Below are positions 21,295 through 31,323 of a DNA stretch of 64,000 nt, in pieces. Source of the DNA: Patescibacteria group bacterium (GTDB lineage Bacteria; Patescibacteriota; Minisyncoccia; UBA6257; UBA9933); contig JBBTPY010000001.1 in NCBI GenBank assembly GCA_038065955.1, positions 92,061 through 156,060 of the forward strand, written 5' to 3'. Positions within the stretch are counted from its first letter, which is position 1, and each line of letters starts with the position of its first letter. The translations under genes and the position numbers were made by a program. The notes beneath the pieces were generated by a model. It was not told where the DNA came from and did not search any database. It saw only the letters and a list, made by a program, of their open reading frames with translations.

Positions 21295-21368
21295 TAAAAT
21301 CTATTATAAACTAAAAACTAAACAACTGAAAATTTAATTGACTAAATTTACGCTCACCCCTTTCTTTT

Positions 21369-21440
21369 GCCCTTGTAGTGAAATGGATATCACGACAGGC
21401 TTCGAACCTGTTATTGGGGGTTCGAATCCCTCCAAGGGCA
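21369..21440 (+). tRNA. tRNA-Arg(TCG)
   Basis: GCCCTTG/CAAGGGC; ACAGG-CTTCGAA-CCTGT. Confidence 0.94.
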
Positions 21441-21449
21441 CATAAAAAG

Positions 21450-21522
21450 GCATCCCTAGCTCAATTGGCAGAGCAAATCCCTCTTAAGGATGAGGTTCTG
21501 GGTTCGACTCCCAGGGGATGCA
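21450..21522 (+). tRNA. tRNA-Lys(CTT)
   Basis: GCATCCC/GGGATGC; loop CTCTTAA. Confidence 0.92.
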
Positions 21523-21533
21523 CATAAAATTTT

Positions 21534-21608
21534 GCGGGTATCGTATAGTGGCCATTATGCGACCTTGCCAAGGTCGAGATAGGGGTTCGATTCCCCTTAC
21601 CCGCTCCA
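21534..21608 (+). tRNA. tRNA-Gly(GCC), CCA encoded
   Basis: GCGGGTA/TACCCGC; CGACC-TTGCCAA-GGTCG. Confidence 0.95.
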
Positions 21609-21613
21609 GAAAC

Positions 21614-21650
21614 AAAAAACCCGCTTCGATTTATATGAAGCGGGTTTTTT
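21614..21650. terminator. Bidirectional intrinsic terminator
   Basis: AAAAAACCCGCTTC...GAAGCGGGTTTTTT between convergent units. Confidence 0.8.
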
Positions 21651-21681
21651 GCGGAAATATCGCCTTCCACACGGCAATATC

Positions 21682-22194
21682 TTAATTATTCTCAAGCAAA
21701 TTTTTTATTTCAATAAGAGCGTCCTGGCCTGCTTTTATTTTTTCCAACGTTTCCTTTAATTTATCGTTGTCGCCGCTTAAATCCCGCGCCGCTTCCAATT
21801 CTTGAGCGGCTTTTTCCAGTTGTTCACCGACATCGCCGGCCGAGGAAGACGATATTTGCGACTGATTTTCAAGGTAATATTTAATCCCGTCTAATTCTAT
21901 TTGAATTGAAGCGTTAATTTCATTGGCCTCGGCCACTAAATTATTTTTATTTCCCGGCAGATAAGAAACTATTAAATAAATCGCTGAAACGAAAATCGCG
22001 ACGGCAACCACCAACTCAGACAAAAGCAAATAATGAATATAAAAATAATGATAAATTTTATAAGCGGTTGTCAGTTTTATTTCATCTTTTTTAACCGCCG
22101 AAGACAAAATCAAAAACCGCGAATACTTACTGTATTCCGCATCCGGTTCAATTTTCCGCAATTTTCTTAAAATTTTAATAAAATCTTTTTCCAT
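21682..22194 (-). CDS. Single-TM protein, candidate anti-sigma factor
   Basis: One TM segment; directly downstream of the ECF sigma gene. Confidence 0.6.
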   Translation of the reverse strand: MEKDFIKILRKLRKIEPDAEYSKYSRFLILSSAVKKDEIKLTTAYKIYHYFYIHYLLLSELVVAVAIFVSAIYLIVSYLPGNKNNLVAEANEINASIQIELDGIKYYLENQSQISSSSAGDVGEQLEKAAQELEAARDLSGDNDKLKETLEKIKAGQDALIEIKNLLENN

Positions 22195-22202
22195 AAAATG
22201 TT

Positions 22203-22748
22203 TTATGAATTTTCGCCTAATTCCATAATGGCCCGCAAATTTTTAACGGCTCTATGTTGAATCACTCTTACCGATATCTCGCTTCTATTTAAAACTTTTG
22301 CCGTTTCTTTCGGCGAGAGTTCTTCAATAAATCTCATAACAACAACATCTTGTTCTATTGGACTGAGTTTTAAAATTGCCCGTCGCGCTTTTTCCATTTC
22401 CATTGCCGCGTCCATAATATCTTCTCTGGAATCTTTTAATTCAGGAATCTGAACTGTTTCAATATCAACGGCGTTCTTTCTTGTGCGGTAATGGTCAATT
22501 ACTTTATTTCTGGCAATTGAATAAACCCAACCGGAAAATGAAGCCGATGTTTTTATTTTAAAACCGGAAATTTTTTCAAAAGCACTTAAAAACACCTGAT
22601 GCGTCAAATCTTCGGCTTCTTCCCGATGGCTTACTTTCAAATAAATAAATCTGTAAATTCTCGGTTGATAATGGTCGTAAAGCAAGCCAAAAGCCTCATT
22701 TTCTCCCGCAATCGCCGCCATTATTAATTTTTCTTCTTCATCTAACAT
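22203..22748 (-). CDS. ECF RNA polymerase sigma factor
   Basis: AFGLLYDHY...AEDLTHQVF...WVYSIARNKVIDHYR...ETAKVL...IQHRA. Confidence 0.93.
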   Translation of the reverse strand: MLDEEEKLIMAAIAGENEAFGLLYDHYQPRIYRFIYLKVSHREEAEDLTHQVFLSAFEKISGFKIKTSASFSGWVYSIARNKVIDHYRTRKNAVDIETVQIPELKDSREDIMDAAMEMEKARRAILKLSPIEQDVVVMRFIEELSPKETAKVLNRSEISVRVIQHRAVKNLRAIMELGENS

Positions 22749-22866
22749 AGATAACGAATAAAGGTCCGTTTAGTTTCTTAAATAATGCCATTTTTCGACC
22801 AAAAAATCAAAAACTCGCCCCTTATAAAATGGACGAGTCTTTGAAATAATTTATAAATATCGCGTT

Positions 22867-23142
22867 TTATTTTACCGCGTCTTTTAATGCTTTGGCGGCG
22901 CGAAATTTAGGTTTAATGGAAGCCGCTATTTGAATTTTTTCTCCGGTTTTCGGATTAACACCCATTCTAGCCGCTCTTAAAGCCACTTTAAAAGCGCCAA
23001 AACCGGCAATCGCCACTTCTTCTTTTTTGCTTAAAGCCTTAGTAATAGTGTCAAAAACCGCCTCAACGGCTTCTGTGGCTTGTTTTTTCACCTCAATACC
23101 GGCGGCCTGCATTACTGCATCAATAAGTTCTGCTTTGTTCAT
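22867..23142 (-). CDS. hup: DNA-binding protein HU
   Basis: MNKAELI...GFGAF...GVNPKTGEKIQI...PKFRAAKALKDAV. Confidence 0.96.
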   Translation of the reverse strand: MNKAELIDAVMQAAGIEVKKQATEAVEAVFDTITKALSKKEEVAIAGFGAFKVALRAARMGVNPKTGEKIQIAASIKPKFRAAKALKDAVK

Positions 23143-23221
23143 AAGTCGTTAGTTGTTAATTATAATATATTCGACCTTTGATAATTGATTGAATTATACA
23201 ATATAATTGGATATTTTACCA

Positions 23222-24715
23222 TTACTTGGCGTATTCCACCGCTCTTACTTCCCTGATTATATTAATTTTAATCTCTCCCGGATATTTTAACTCGGATTCG
23301 ATTTTAGAAGCAATATCTTTCGCAAGTTGCCAAGCGCCGAAATCGTCAATCTCTTCCGGAACAACAAATACTCTTAATTCCCGACCGGCTGAAACCGCGT
23401 AAGCATTTTTAATTCCTTTAAATTCCAAGGCGATTTTTTCAAGATTTTCCAATCTTTTAAGATAATTTTCAAGAGTGTCGCGCCGGGCGCCGGGCCGCGA
23501 TGCCGATAAAGCGTCCGCGGCGGCCACTAAATATGATTCCGGCGTTGAAAAAGGATATTCCTCGTGATGAGCTTCCATCGCTTTAATCACCTCTTCTTTG
23601 ATGCCAAATTTCTTTAATATCCTTTGGCCGAGTTCAACATGCTTGCCGCCGACTTCATGGTCAACGGCTTTACCGATATCATGAAGAAGGGCGCCAAGTT
23701 TGGCAACTTCAACATTAATACCCAATTCGGCCGCTATCATCGCCGCCAAATGAGCGGTTTCAACGGAATGCGCCAAAACATTCTGGCCATAACTGGTTCT
23801 AAAATAAAGCCTTCCTAAAAGCTGAATTATTTCTTTCGGCAAATTATACACCCCGACTTCGTAAGCCGCTTCTTCGCCTTTTTTAATCATTACTCTGGAA
23901 AGTTCATTTTTCGCTTCTTCGGCTTTTTCTTCAATCTTTACCGGTTGGATCCGGCCGTCTTTGATAAGTTTTTCCAAAGTCAATCGGGCGACTTCGCGCC
24001 GAAACGGGTCAAAAGACGAAATAACCACCGCGCCGGGCGCCTCATCAATGATAAATTCCGCGCCCGTGGCCCGTTCCAAAGCCTTAATATTTCTCCCCTC
24101 CCGGCCGATAATTTTCCCCTTCAAATCATCGTCATTCAGATTAAAAACCGTCGTAGTTGCTTCACTAACATAAGAACGCGCCAATCGCTGCATCGCTTCA
24201 GTCATAATTTCAACGGCTTTTTTTTCAAGTTCTTCGTTTCTTTCTTTGGCTAATTTACCGATAGTTACGACTAAATCTTCCTTATATTTATCTTTTATTT
24301 GTTCTAAAAGTTTTTCCTTAGCCTCCGCTTCGGTAAATTTGGCGATTTTTTCAAATTCCAAAGCAAGTTTTTCTTTTAATTCATCCGCTTTAATCTTGGA
24401 AATTTTTATTTTTTCAATATCATCAATTATTTGTTTTTCGCGAGAACGCAAATCAATCCTTTCTTTTTCCAAGGATTCTTCTTTAGTTAAAAGCCGCTCT
24501 TCTAAACGACCGAGTTGAATTTGAATATTGGCAGATTTATCTTGAGCTTCTGATATTATTTTCTTCGCCCTGGAATCCGCCTCTTCAAGTTGACGGCTGA
24601 TTTTTCGCTCAATTGAGTTTGCTTGCCGAGATGCCGTTAATTGGCGGATAAAATACCCTGCCACGAGCCCCGCCAACACTAAAATTCCCCAAAAAATCGG
24701 ATTTTGATAAATCAT
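23222..24715 (-). CDS. rny: Ribonuclease Y
   Basis: N-terminal TM, coiled coil, KGKIIGREGRNI, RTSYGQNVL, LHDIGK, SRPGAR. Confidence 0.97.
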   Translation of the reverse strand: MIYQNPIFWGILVLAGLVAGYFIRQLTASRQANSIERKISRQLEEADSRAKKIISEAQDKSANIQIQLGRLEERLLTKEESLEKERIDLRSREKQIIDDIEKIKISKIKADELKEKLALEFEKIAKFTEAEAKEKLLEQIKDKYKEDLVVTIGKLAKERNEELEKKAVEIMTEAMQRLARSYVSEATTTVFNLNDDDLKGKIIGREGRNIKALERATGAEFIIDEAPGAVVISSFDPFRREVARLTLEKLIKDGRIQPVKIEEKAEEAKNELSRVMIKKGEEAAYEVGVYNLPKEIIQLLGRLYFRTSYGQNVLAHSVETAHLAAMIAAELGINVEVAKLGALLHDIGKAVDHEVGGKHVELGQRILKKFGIKEEVIKAMEAHHEEYPFSTPESYLVAAADALSASRPGARRDTLENYLKRLENLEKIALEFKGIKNAYAVSAGRELRVFVVPEEIDDFGAWQLAKDIASKIESELKYPGEIKINIIREVRAVEYAK

Positions 24716-24742
24716 ATTTATAATTTTTAATTAAAATAATCA

Positions 24743-24771
24743 TTGCGACAAATTAAGTATAAGGTTAAAAT
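24743..24771 (+). promoter_or_regulatory. Sigma70-type promoter, leaderless configuration for gpmI
   Basis: TTGCGA-17 bp-TAAAAT, then 6 nt to ATG 24778. Confidence 0.6.
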
Positions 24772-24777
24772 GAATAA

Positions 24778-26325
24778 ATGTCAAAACGAACCGTTGTTTT
24801 AATAATCTTGGACGGCTGGGGAATCGGAAGAAACGACCAGAGCAATCCGATTTTCACGGCTGGCCTTAAAAATATTAATTTTATAAAAACTAATTTTCCG
24901 TCCGCCGCTCTTCAGGCTTCGGGCATTGCCGTCGGTCTGCCATGGGGAGAAGAAGGCAACAGCGAAGTCGGCCACTTAAATATCGGCGGCGGTAAAATAA
25001 TTTATCAAAATTATCCAAAAATTACTTTGGCAATTCGCGACGGCAGTTTTTTTAAAAATGAAACTTTTAAAAAAGCCGTTGAACGCGCCAAAAAAAATAA
25101 TTCCGCGATTAATTTGATAGGATTATTAACTGACGGCAATGTCCACGCCTCTTTGGAACATTTGCTCGCCTTGATTAAATTCGCCGAAAAAGAACAAACG
25201 CCGAAAATTAATCTTCATTTAATCACCGACGGCCGCGACAGTTCGCCAAATTCGGCTATTGAACTGCTAAAACAAATTCCTTTATCTAAAAATATAATTT
25301 TATCCACAATCGGCGGCCGCTATTACGCGATGGACAGAGATAAACACTGGGACCGTACTCAAAAATATTACCAAATACTGGTCGGAGAAGGCGCGATTGC
25401 CGATAATTGTGAAATTCCAATTAAAAACGCCTACCAAAAAAATCTCAATGATGAATATGTTTTCCCAACCTTGCTCGAACCCGAAAAGCGCGCCATCAAC
25501 GACGGCGATTCAATAATATTTTTCAATTTTCGCGAAGACCGAATGCGCCAAATCATTGAACCGTTCATCAATAAAAATTTTGATAAATTTCCGGTTAAAA
25601 ATTTCTCCGATATTTACGTCGCCGCAATGATTGATTACGACGACCGATTTAAAATTCCCGTCGCCTTCCCAAAAGAACGGATTGAAAATCCTTTAAGTAA
25701 AATTTTATCCGATAATGATAAAATTCAAATTAGAATCGCGGAAACGGAAAAATACGCCCATATCACCTATTTTTTCAACGGAGAAATTGAACCGCCTTTT
25801 AAAAATGAATATCGAGTATTGATACCGTCAAAAGGCGATATTCATTATAACGAACATCCGGCAATGATGGCTTCTGAAATTACCAATCGCCTGATTGAAT
25901 CTATTGAAGAACAAAGCTACGATTTTATTTTAATCAATTATGCCAATTCCGACGTAATCGCCCATACCGGCGATTATCAAGCCACGCTTGAAGCCGTTAA
26001 AATAATTGACGAAGAAATCGGAAAAATTGTGAAAGTGATTTTAGAACGAAACGGTATTTTAATTATCACCTCTGATCACGGCAACGCCGAAAGATTGTTT
26101 GACCCGAAAACCGGCGAACCGGAAACCCGGCACGACCCGAACCCCGTGCCGATTTATTTAATTGCTAAAGAGTTCGCGCGACAAAAAAATGAAGAAGAAA
26201 TTCGCGAAATTGAAAAAATACCGATTGGCGTTTTAGCGGATGTCGCGCCGACAATTTTAGAACTGATGAAAATTCCGCAACCGAAAGAAATGACAGGGCA
26301 AAGCCTGCTAAAATTTTTGCTATAG
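24778..26325 (+). CDS. gpmI: 2,3-BPG-independent phosphoglycerate mutase
   Basis: ILDGWG, GNSEVGH, GRYYAMDRD, AETEKYAHIT, SDHGNAE. Confidence 0.97.
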   Translation: MSKRTVVLIILDGWGIGRNDQSNPIFTAGLKNINFIKTNFPSAALQASGIAVGLPWGEEGNSEVGHLNIGGGKIIYQNYPKITLAIRDGSFFKNETFKKAVERAKKNNSAINLIGLLTDGNVHASLEHLLALIKFAEKEQTPKINLHLITDGRDSSPNSAIELLKQIPLSKNIILSTIGGRYYAMDRDKHWDRTQKYYQILVGEGAIADNCEIPIKNAYQKNLNDEYVFPTLLEPEKRAINDGDSIIFFNFREDRMRQIIEPFINKNFDKFPVKNFSDIYVAAMIDYDDRFKIPVAFPKERIENPLSKILSDNDKIQIRIAETEKYAHITYFFNGEIEPPFKNEYRVLIPSKGDIHYNEHPAMMASEITNRLIESIEEQSYDFILINYANSDVIAHTGDYQATLEAVKIIDEEIGKIVKVILERNGILIITSDHGNAERLFDPKTGEPETRHDPNPVPIYLIAKEFARQKNEEEIREIEKIPIGVLADVAPTILELMKIPQPKEMTGQSLLKFLL

Positions 26326-26351
26326 TAAAAATTTTAAATGTAAAAATAAAA

Positions 26352-26387
26352 TTAGTCATTTACTCGCATATGCGAGTAAATGACTAA
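26352..26387. repeat. 36-bp perfect palindrome between convergent gpmI and eno
   Basis: TTAGTCATTTACTCGCAT|ATGCGAGTAAATGACTAA. Confidence 0.85.
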
Positions 26388-26392
26388 AAATT

Positions 26393-27715
26393 TTACATTT
26401 TGATATTTGCATTTTGAATTGTTAATACCCTTTCATATTTCGCCAATCTTTCCGGTTTGGCCGGCGCGCCGGCTTTTATTCCCCAAGCGCCGACGCCAAT
26501 TGCCAAATCAGCTATAAAATCATCAAGCGTCTCCCCGCTTCGATGACTGACAATCGCCTGCCAATTATTTTCATAAGCGAATTTTATCACTTTTAATGTT
26601 TCAGTTAAGGTTCCTATTTGGTTAGGTTTTATTAAAATCGCATTACCGGATTTTTTATTTATGGCGATTTTTAATCGTTCAATATTGGTTGTCGTTAAAT
26701 CATCGGCAATCACTAATTTTCCGCATTGTTCCGCGTTAGTTCCGTATAATTCCGTAGTGAGTAAAGCAAATGAACTAAAATCTTCTTCATTAAACGGGTC
26801 TTCAATTGATAAAATATTATAAGTTTCAATAAGTTTTAAATAATAATTTTTTAATTCTTCCGCTGAGTATTTTTTACCGTCAACAATATAAAAACCGTCT
26901 CTATAGAATTGCGCGGCGGCAATATCCAGTCCAATCTTTAATGGATATTTATATTTTTCAATAATTTCAGCGAGACATTCGATTGCTTCTTCGTTGTTTT
27001 TAAACGGCGCGGAATAACCGGCTTCATCGCCTAAAAAAACATTTTCACTCCCAAATTTATCCTTCAAATAATTTCCCAGTTTTCTGTAAAAAATCTTGCC
27101 CAAACTGAAAGCTATGTTAAAATCGTCAACTTCGGGAATGACTTGGAATTCTTGAATTTCTAATTTTGATTCCCGATGCGTCGCGTGCGCGCCGCCATTG
27201 ATAACATTAAAAATTGGCCGAAGCAAATTTTTTGACTTACGACCAACAACCAACGACTGATGACTTATATAATTAAATAGTTCTAATCTTTCGTTTTTTG
27301 CCTTCAGCCGCGCAAATGCCAAAGATAAAGATAAAATCAAATTCCCACCGAGATTGCTTTTAGCTTGCCCTGAGCTTGTCGAAGGGGCTTGCCCTGAGCT
27401 TGTCGAAGGGGCTTGCCCTGAGCTTGTCGAAGGGGCTTGCCCTGAGCTTGTCGAAGGAGTCCCGTCCAATTCAATTAAAAAATTGTCGAAATTTTCCTGT
27501 GATTCAAATTCATTTGATAATATTTTTGTCTTAATCTCTTCAAATTTTTTAAGCGCTAATTTTGGCTCCAAAACAAACGCCTCGTGCGTTCCAATGCTTT
27601 TGCCGGCCGGTGCGCTGGCTTTGGCTGAAAAATCTTCGCTTTTTAACTCCGCTTCCAAGGTATCTTTACCGCGAGAATCTGAAATGATTTTTATATTAAT
27701 GTCGCTGATTTTCAT
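26393..27715 (-). CDS. eno: Enolase with in-frame repeat inserts
   Basis: [36 protein letters not shown]. Confidence 0.95.
   Translation of the reverse strand: MKISDINIKIISDSRGKDTLEAELKSEDFSAKASAPAGKSIGTHEAFVLEPKLALKKFEEIKTKILSNEFESQENFDNFLIELDGTPSTSSGQAPSTSSGQAPSTSSGQAPSTSSGQAKSNLGGNLILSLSLAFARLKAKNERLELFNYISHQSLVVGRKSKNLLRPIFNVINGGAHATHRESKLEIQEFQVIPEVDDFNIAFSLGKIFYRKLGNYLKDKFGSENVFLGDEAGYSAPFKNNEEAIECLAEIIEKYKYPLKIGLDIAAAQFYRDGFYIVDGKKYSAEELKNYYLKLIETYNILSIEDPFNEEDFSSFALLTTELYGTNAEQCGKLVIADDLTTTNIERLKIAINKKSGNAILIKPNQIGTLTETLKVIKFAYENNWQAIVSHRSGETLDDFIADLAIGVGAWGIKAGAPAKPERLAKYERVLTIQNANIKM
27363..27458. repeat. 4 x 24-nt tandem hairpin repeat inside eno
   Basis: (GCTTGCCCTGAGCTTGTCGAAGGG)x4, encoding (PSTSSGQA)x4. 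Confidence 0.95.
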
Positions 27716-27730
27716 TTAAAGCGCGAATTA

Positions 27731-27988
27731 TTAATTCTTATATTTAAATATTCCTATTAAAACAAATAAAGACGAAATATTACCTAAGGCGTAAGAATAT
27801 AAAATCGGGAAATTTCCGATATTTATGCCATAAATAACCCAAATTATTCCTCCAATAAAAAATAGCGTGTAAGTAATTAATGAAACATCTCGCGCGCTTT
27901 TTGTTTTAAAAATTTTATACGCTTGAGGGAAACTAGCCAAACTCATCGCAATGCCGGATATTAAAACTAAATACTCTAAAATTTTCAT
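27731..27988 (-). CDS. SemiSWEET / PQ-loop sugar transporter
   Basis: FPQAYKIFKTKSARDVS, 3 TM, WVIYG. Confidence 0.88.
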   Translation of the reverse strand: MKILEYLVLISGIAMSLASFPQAYKIFKTKSARDVSLITYTLFFIGGIIWVIYGINIGNFPILYSYALGNISSLFVLIGIFKYKN

Positions 27989-30417
27989 TTTTTTTCTTTT
28001 TGATAAACTTTCTGCGTTGTTTTAATAATCGTATCCGAATTCAAAGAAATGCTGTTAATCCCCTGTCCCACCAAAAATTCGGCGAATCCTTCTATATCCG
28101 ACGGCGCTTGACCGCAAATTCCGATGTATTTGCCTTTTTCTTTGCATTTTTTGATAACTTCGGAAATCAATTTTTTTACTGATTCGTCGTTTTCATTAGT
28201 AATGCCGCGAATCATTTCATTGCCGTCACGGTCAATGCCGACAGTTAACTGCGTCAAATCGTTTGAACCAATAGACATTCCGTCAAAAATTTCCAAAAAT
28301 TCATCGGCTAAAATGACATTTGAAGGAATTTCACACATGACATATACTTTGACTTTTGACATTTGACTTTTGACATTTGACTCTAAAAACAAACCGTTTT
28401 TTTTCATAATTTCCAAAACTTTTTTGCCTTCTTCCGGCGTCCGGCAAAACGGCACCATTACTTCCACATTATCCAAGCCCATCTCCTCGCGGACTTTTTT
28501 AACGGCTTTAAGTTCCAAAATAAACGCCGCCGCGAAATTCGGATGATAATATCTTGAAGCGCCGCGCCAGCCGATCATCGGATTTTCCTCCGACGGCTCG
28601 TACAATTCCCCGCCGATAAGCGTTCTGTATTCATTTGTTTTAAAATCAGAAAATCTTAAAATTACCGGTTTCGGATAAAAAGCCGCGCCAATTTTCGCGA
28701 TACCGTAAGCGAGCTTATCAACATAAAATTGAGTTTTGTCTTTGTAGCCAATAATTTTTTTATCAATCGCGTTTTTAATTTTCGCCGGCATTTTTTTATA
28801 ATTTATCAAAGCATTTGGGTGAATCCCGATATCTCCGGCGATAATAAATTCTTCTCTCGCCAATCCCACGCCGTCATTCGGCAAAAAAGATTTTTCAAAA
28901 GCGGTTTCCGGCGTGGCAATATTAAGCATTATTTTAGTTTTCGGCCGCGACAATTTTTTAATATCGTGTTCAATTATTTTGAATTTTAAAGCGCCATCAT
29001 AAACAAAACCATCGCTGCCGGTCGTATCAACCGTAATCATTTGGCCAGTTTTTATTTTTCGAGTGGCGCTTTCCGAACCGACAATACAAGGAATGCCAAG
29101 TTCGCGGCTTACTATTGCCGCATGAGATGTTCGTCCTCCTTTGTCCGTTACAATCGCCGAAGCGATTTTCATAATCGGTTCCCAATCCGGGTCTGTCATA
29201 TCAGTAATCAAAATTTCACCGACCTTAAATTGTCCGATATTTTTAGCGCCTAAAATTACACGCGCCTTACCCGTTGCGATTTTACTTCCAACCGATGCCC
29301 CTTTGACTAAAACATTTAACCTTTGACCTTTAACATCTGACAAAATATATTCTTTTATTTTGGAGAAATCGCGGCTGGCATGTATAGTTTCCGGTCTTGC
29401 CTGGACAATATATAACTCACCCGTTTTCCCATCCTTTGCCCACTCCATATCCATTGGCGTCCATTTGCCGTTTTTTGTCGAATAATGCTCTTCTATTAAA
29501 ATCCCCCATTTTGCCAGTTTTAAAATTTCGTCATCGCTTAAAACAAAACTTTCTTTTTCTTTTTGAGAAGTATTAATTATTTTCGTATTTTTAACGGAAA
29601 CGCCTTTGCCTTCCGAATAAATCATTTTTTGATTTTTAACGCCGAGTTTTTTATCAATAATCGCATTAGTTTTTTTGAAAACTAAAAATTCATCCGGCGT
29701 CACTTCTCCTTGAACAATCATTTCGCCAAGTCCCCATGAACCGTTTATCAAAACCGAATCCTTAAAACCGGATTCCGTGTCCAAAGTAAACATTACGCCG
29801 GAACAGCTCAAATCCGAGCGAATCATTTTTTGAACGCCGACCGATAAAGCGACTTTAAAATGGTCAAATCCTTTATCGACGCGATAAGAAACGGCGCGGT
29901 CGGTAAAAAGCGAAGCCATCGCCGATTTTACCGCTTTCAAAACTTCTTTGTCTCCGCGGATATTCAAATAAGTTTCATGCTCGCCGGCAAAAGAAGCGCC
30001 GGGCAAATCCTCGGCCGTGGCGCTTGAACGTACGGCAACATCAACGTTTTTGCCGTATTCTTTCTCTGTTTGCCGATACGCCTTAACAATTTCTTGTTTT
30101 AAATCATCCGGAAATTCCGCTTTTTTTATCGTTTCGCGGATAAGTTTTCCACGCCTTGATAAATCTTTTAAATTTTTTGTGTTTAAACCGCTAAGCGCCT
30201 CTTTTATAAATTTTTTCAATCTCATTTCTTCTAAAAAATAGCGATAAGCTTCCGCAGTAACAACAAACCCGCCCGGAATCTTTACTCCCTGCCTGCCGGC
30301 AGGCAGGCTTTTCGGCGTTAAATTTTGAATCATTTCGCCGAGAGAGGCGTTCTTTCCGCCCACCTCGGCAATGTCTTTTATGCCGACTTCGTTTAATTTT
30401 TTGATGAAAATTTTCAT
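27985..30417 (-). CDS. ppsA: Phosphoenolpyruvate synthase
   Basis: VGGKNASLGEM, VRSSATAED, GGRTSHAAIVSRE, EENPMIGWRG, GICGQAPSD. Confidence 0.97.
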   Translation of the reverse strand: MKIFIKKLNEVGIKDIAEVGGKNASLGEMIQNLTPKSLPAGRQGVKIPGGFVVTAEAYRYFLEEMRLKKFIKEALSGLNTKNLKDLSRRGKLIRETIKKAEFPDDLKQEIVKAYRQTEKEYGKNVDVAVRSSATAEDLPGASFAGEHETYLNIRGDKEVLKAVKSAMASLFTDRAVSYRVDKGFDHFKVALSVGVQKMIRSDLSCSGVMFTLDTESGFKDSVLINGSWGLGEMIVQGEVTPDEFLVFKKTNAIIDKKLGVKNQKMIYSEGKGVSVKNTKIINTSQKEKESFVLSDDEILKLAKWGILIEEHYSTKNGKWTPMDMEWAKDGKTGELYIVQARPETIHASRDFSKIKEYILSDVKGQRLNVLVKGASVGSKIATGKARVILGAKNIGQFKVGEILITDMTDPDWEPIMKIASAIVTDKGGRTSHAAIVSRELGIPCIVGSESATRKIKTGQMITVDTTGSDGFVYDGALKFKIIEHDIKKLSRPKTKIMLNIATPETAFEKSFLPNDGVGLAREEFIIAGDIGIHPNALINYKKMPAKIKNAIDKKIIGYKDKTQFYVDKLAYGIAKIGAAFYPKPVILRFSDFKTNEYRTLIGGELYEPSEENPMIGWRGASRYYHPNFAAAFILELKAVKKVREEMGLDNVEVMVPFCRTPEEGKKVLEIMKKNGLFLESNVKSQMSKVKVYVMCEIPSNVILADEFLEIFDGMSIGSNDLTQLTVGIDRDGNEMIRGITNENDESVKKLISEVIKKCKEKGKYIGICGQAPSDIEGFAEFLVGQGINSISLNSDTIIKTTQKVYQKEKK

Positions 30418-30471
30418 ATTTAAAAAATAATTTTTAATAAAGCGATAAAAGCTATTAACGACCAAATAAAA

Positions 30472-30660
30472 TTAAGCGCTGCTGGTTGGTATGTTTTTTT
30501 TCAATAAAGAAATAGCAATAATTCCGATTGCTCCGCTAAAATTTAAAATTTGATATGTTGCGCTTTCCGCGCCGATTATTCCAAAACTAATAAAAAGATA
30601 AGCTATTAAAATTGCTAATACGCCATACCAACCGATAATTTCAATAAATAATTTATTCAT
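30472..30660 (-). CDS. Small membrane protein (CBU_0592-like, possibly truncated)
   Basis: IIGWYGVLAILIAY...YQILNFSGAIG. Confidence 0.6.
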   Translation of the reverse strand: MNKLFIEIIGWYGVLAILIAYLFISFGIIGAESATYQILNFSGAIGIIAISLLKKNIPTSSA

Positions 30661-30722
30661 TTGTTTTTATTATACATCATTAAAACAAAAAAAATAATCC
30701 CCAGAATTTTCTGGGGATTATT

Positions 30723-31286
30723 TTATATCTTCCCGACTAAATCCAACCCGGGTTTTAAAGTTTTTCCGCCGGGCTTCCAGCTCGCCGGGCAAACCAGGCC
30801 TTTGTTGTCCCTGACGAATTTTGCCGCCTGAAGTTTTCTTAAAATCTCGGCCGCGCTTCTGCCGATACTGTTGTCGTGAATCTCGCAGGCTTTTAAAACC
30901 CCGTCCGGGTCAATAATAAAACTCCCCCGCAACGACAATCCCTCTTCTTCAATATAAGTACCGAATTCTCTACAAAGTTTTCCGGTCGGGTCGGCCGCCA
31001 TCGGATATTTGATTTTCTTGATGGCCGGCGAAGTGTCATGCCACGCCTTATGAGCAAAAACCGTATCCGTGCTTACGCTCATTATTTCCGCGCCGCTTTT
31101 TTTAAATTCTTCGTAATGTTCCGCCGCTTCTTCCAATTCCGTCGGACAAATAAAAGTGAAATCCGCCGGATAAAACAGCAATACAAGCCATTTGCCGCGG
31201 TAATTTGATAGTTTTACTTTTTTGATTTCCTCGTTTTGAAAAGTTTCCAATTCAAAATCTGAAATCGTTTGGCCAATTTTAACCAT
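30723..31286 (-). CDS. ahpC: 2-Cys peroxiredoxin
   Basis: FYPADFTFICPTE and VCPASW. Confidence 0.95.
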   Translation of the reverse strand: MVKIGQTISDFELETFQNEEIKKVKLSNYRGKWLVLLFYPADFTFICPTELEEAAEHYEEFKKSGAEIMSVSTDTVFAHKAWHDTSPAIKKIKYPMAADPTGKLCREFGTYIEEEGLSLRGSFIIDPDGVLKACEIHDNSIGRSAAEILRKLQAAKFVRDNKGLVCPASWKPGGKTLKPGLDLVGKI

Positions 31287-31323
31287 TTTTATTTTACATT
31301 TATAAATTTATGCGACTTTTCTA

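Noticed and set aside
27363-27458. CRISPR array (also 31733-31834)
   Set aside because: The units are head to tail with no unique spacers and lie in frame within enzymes.
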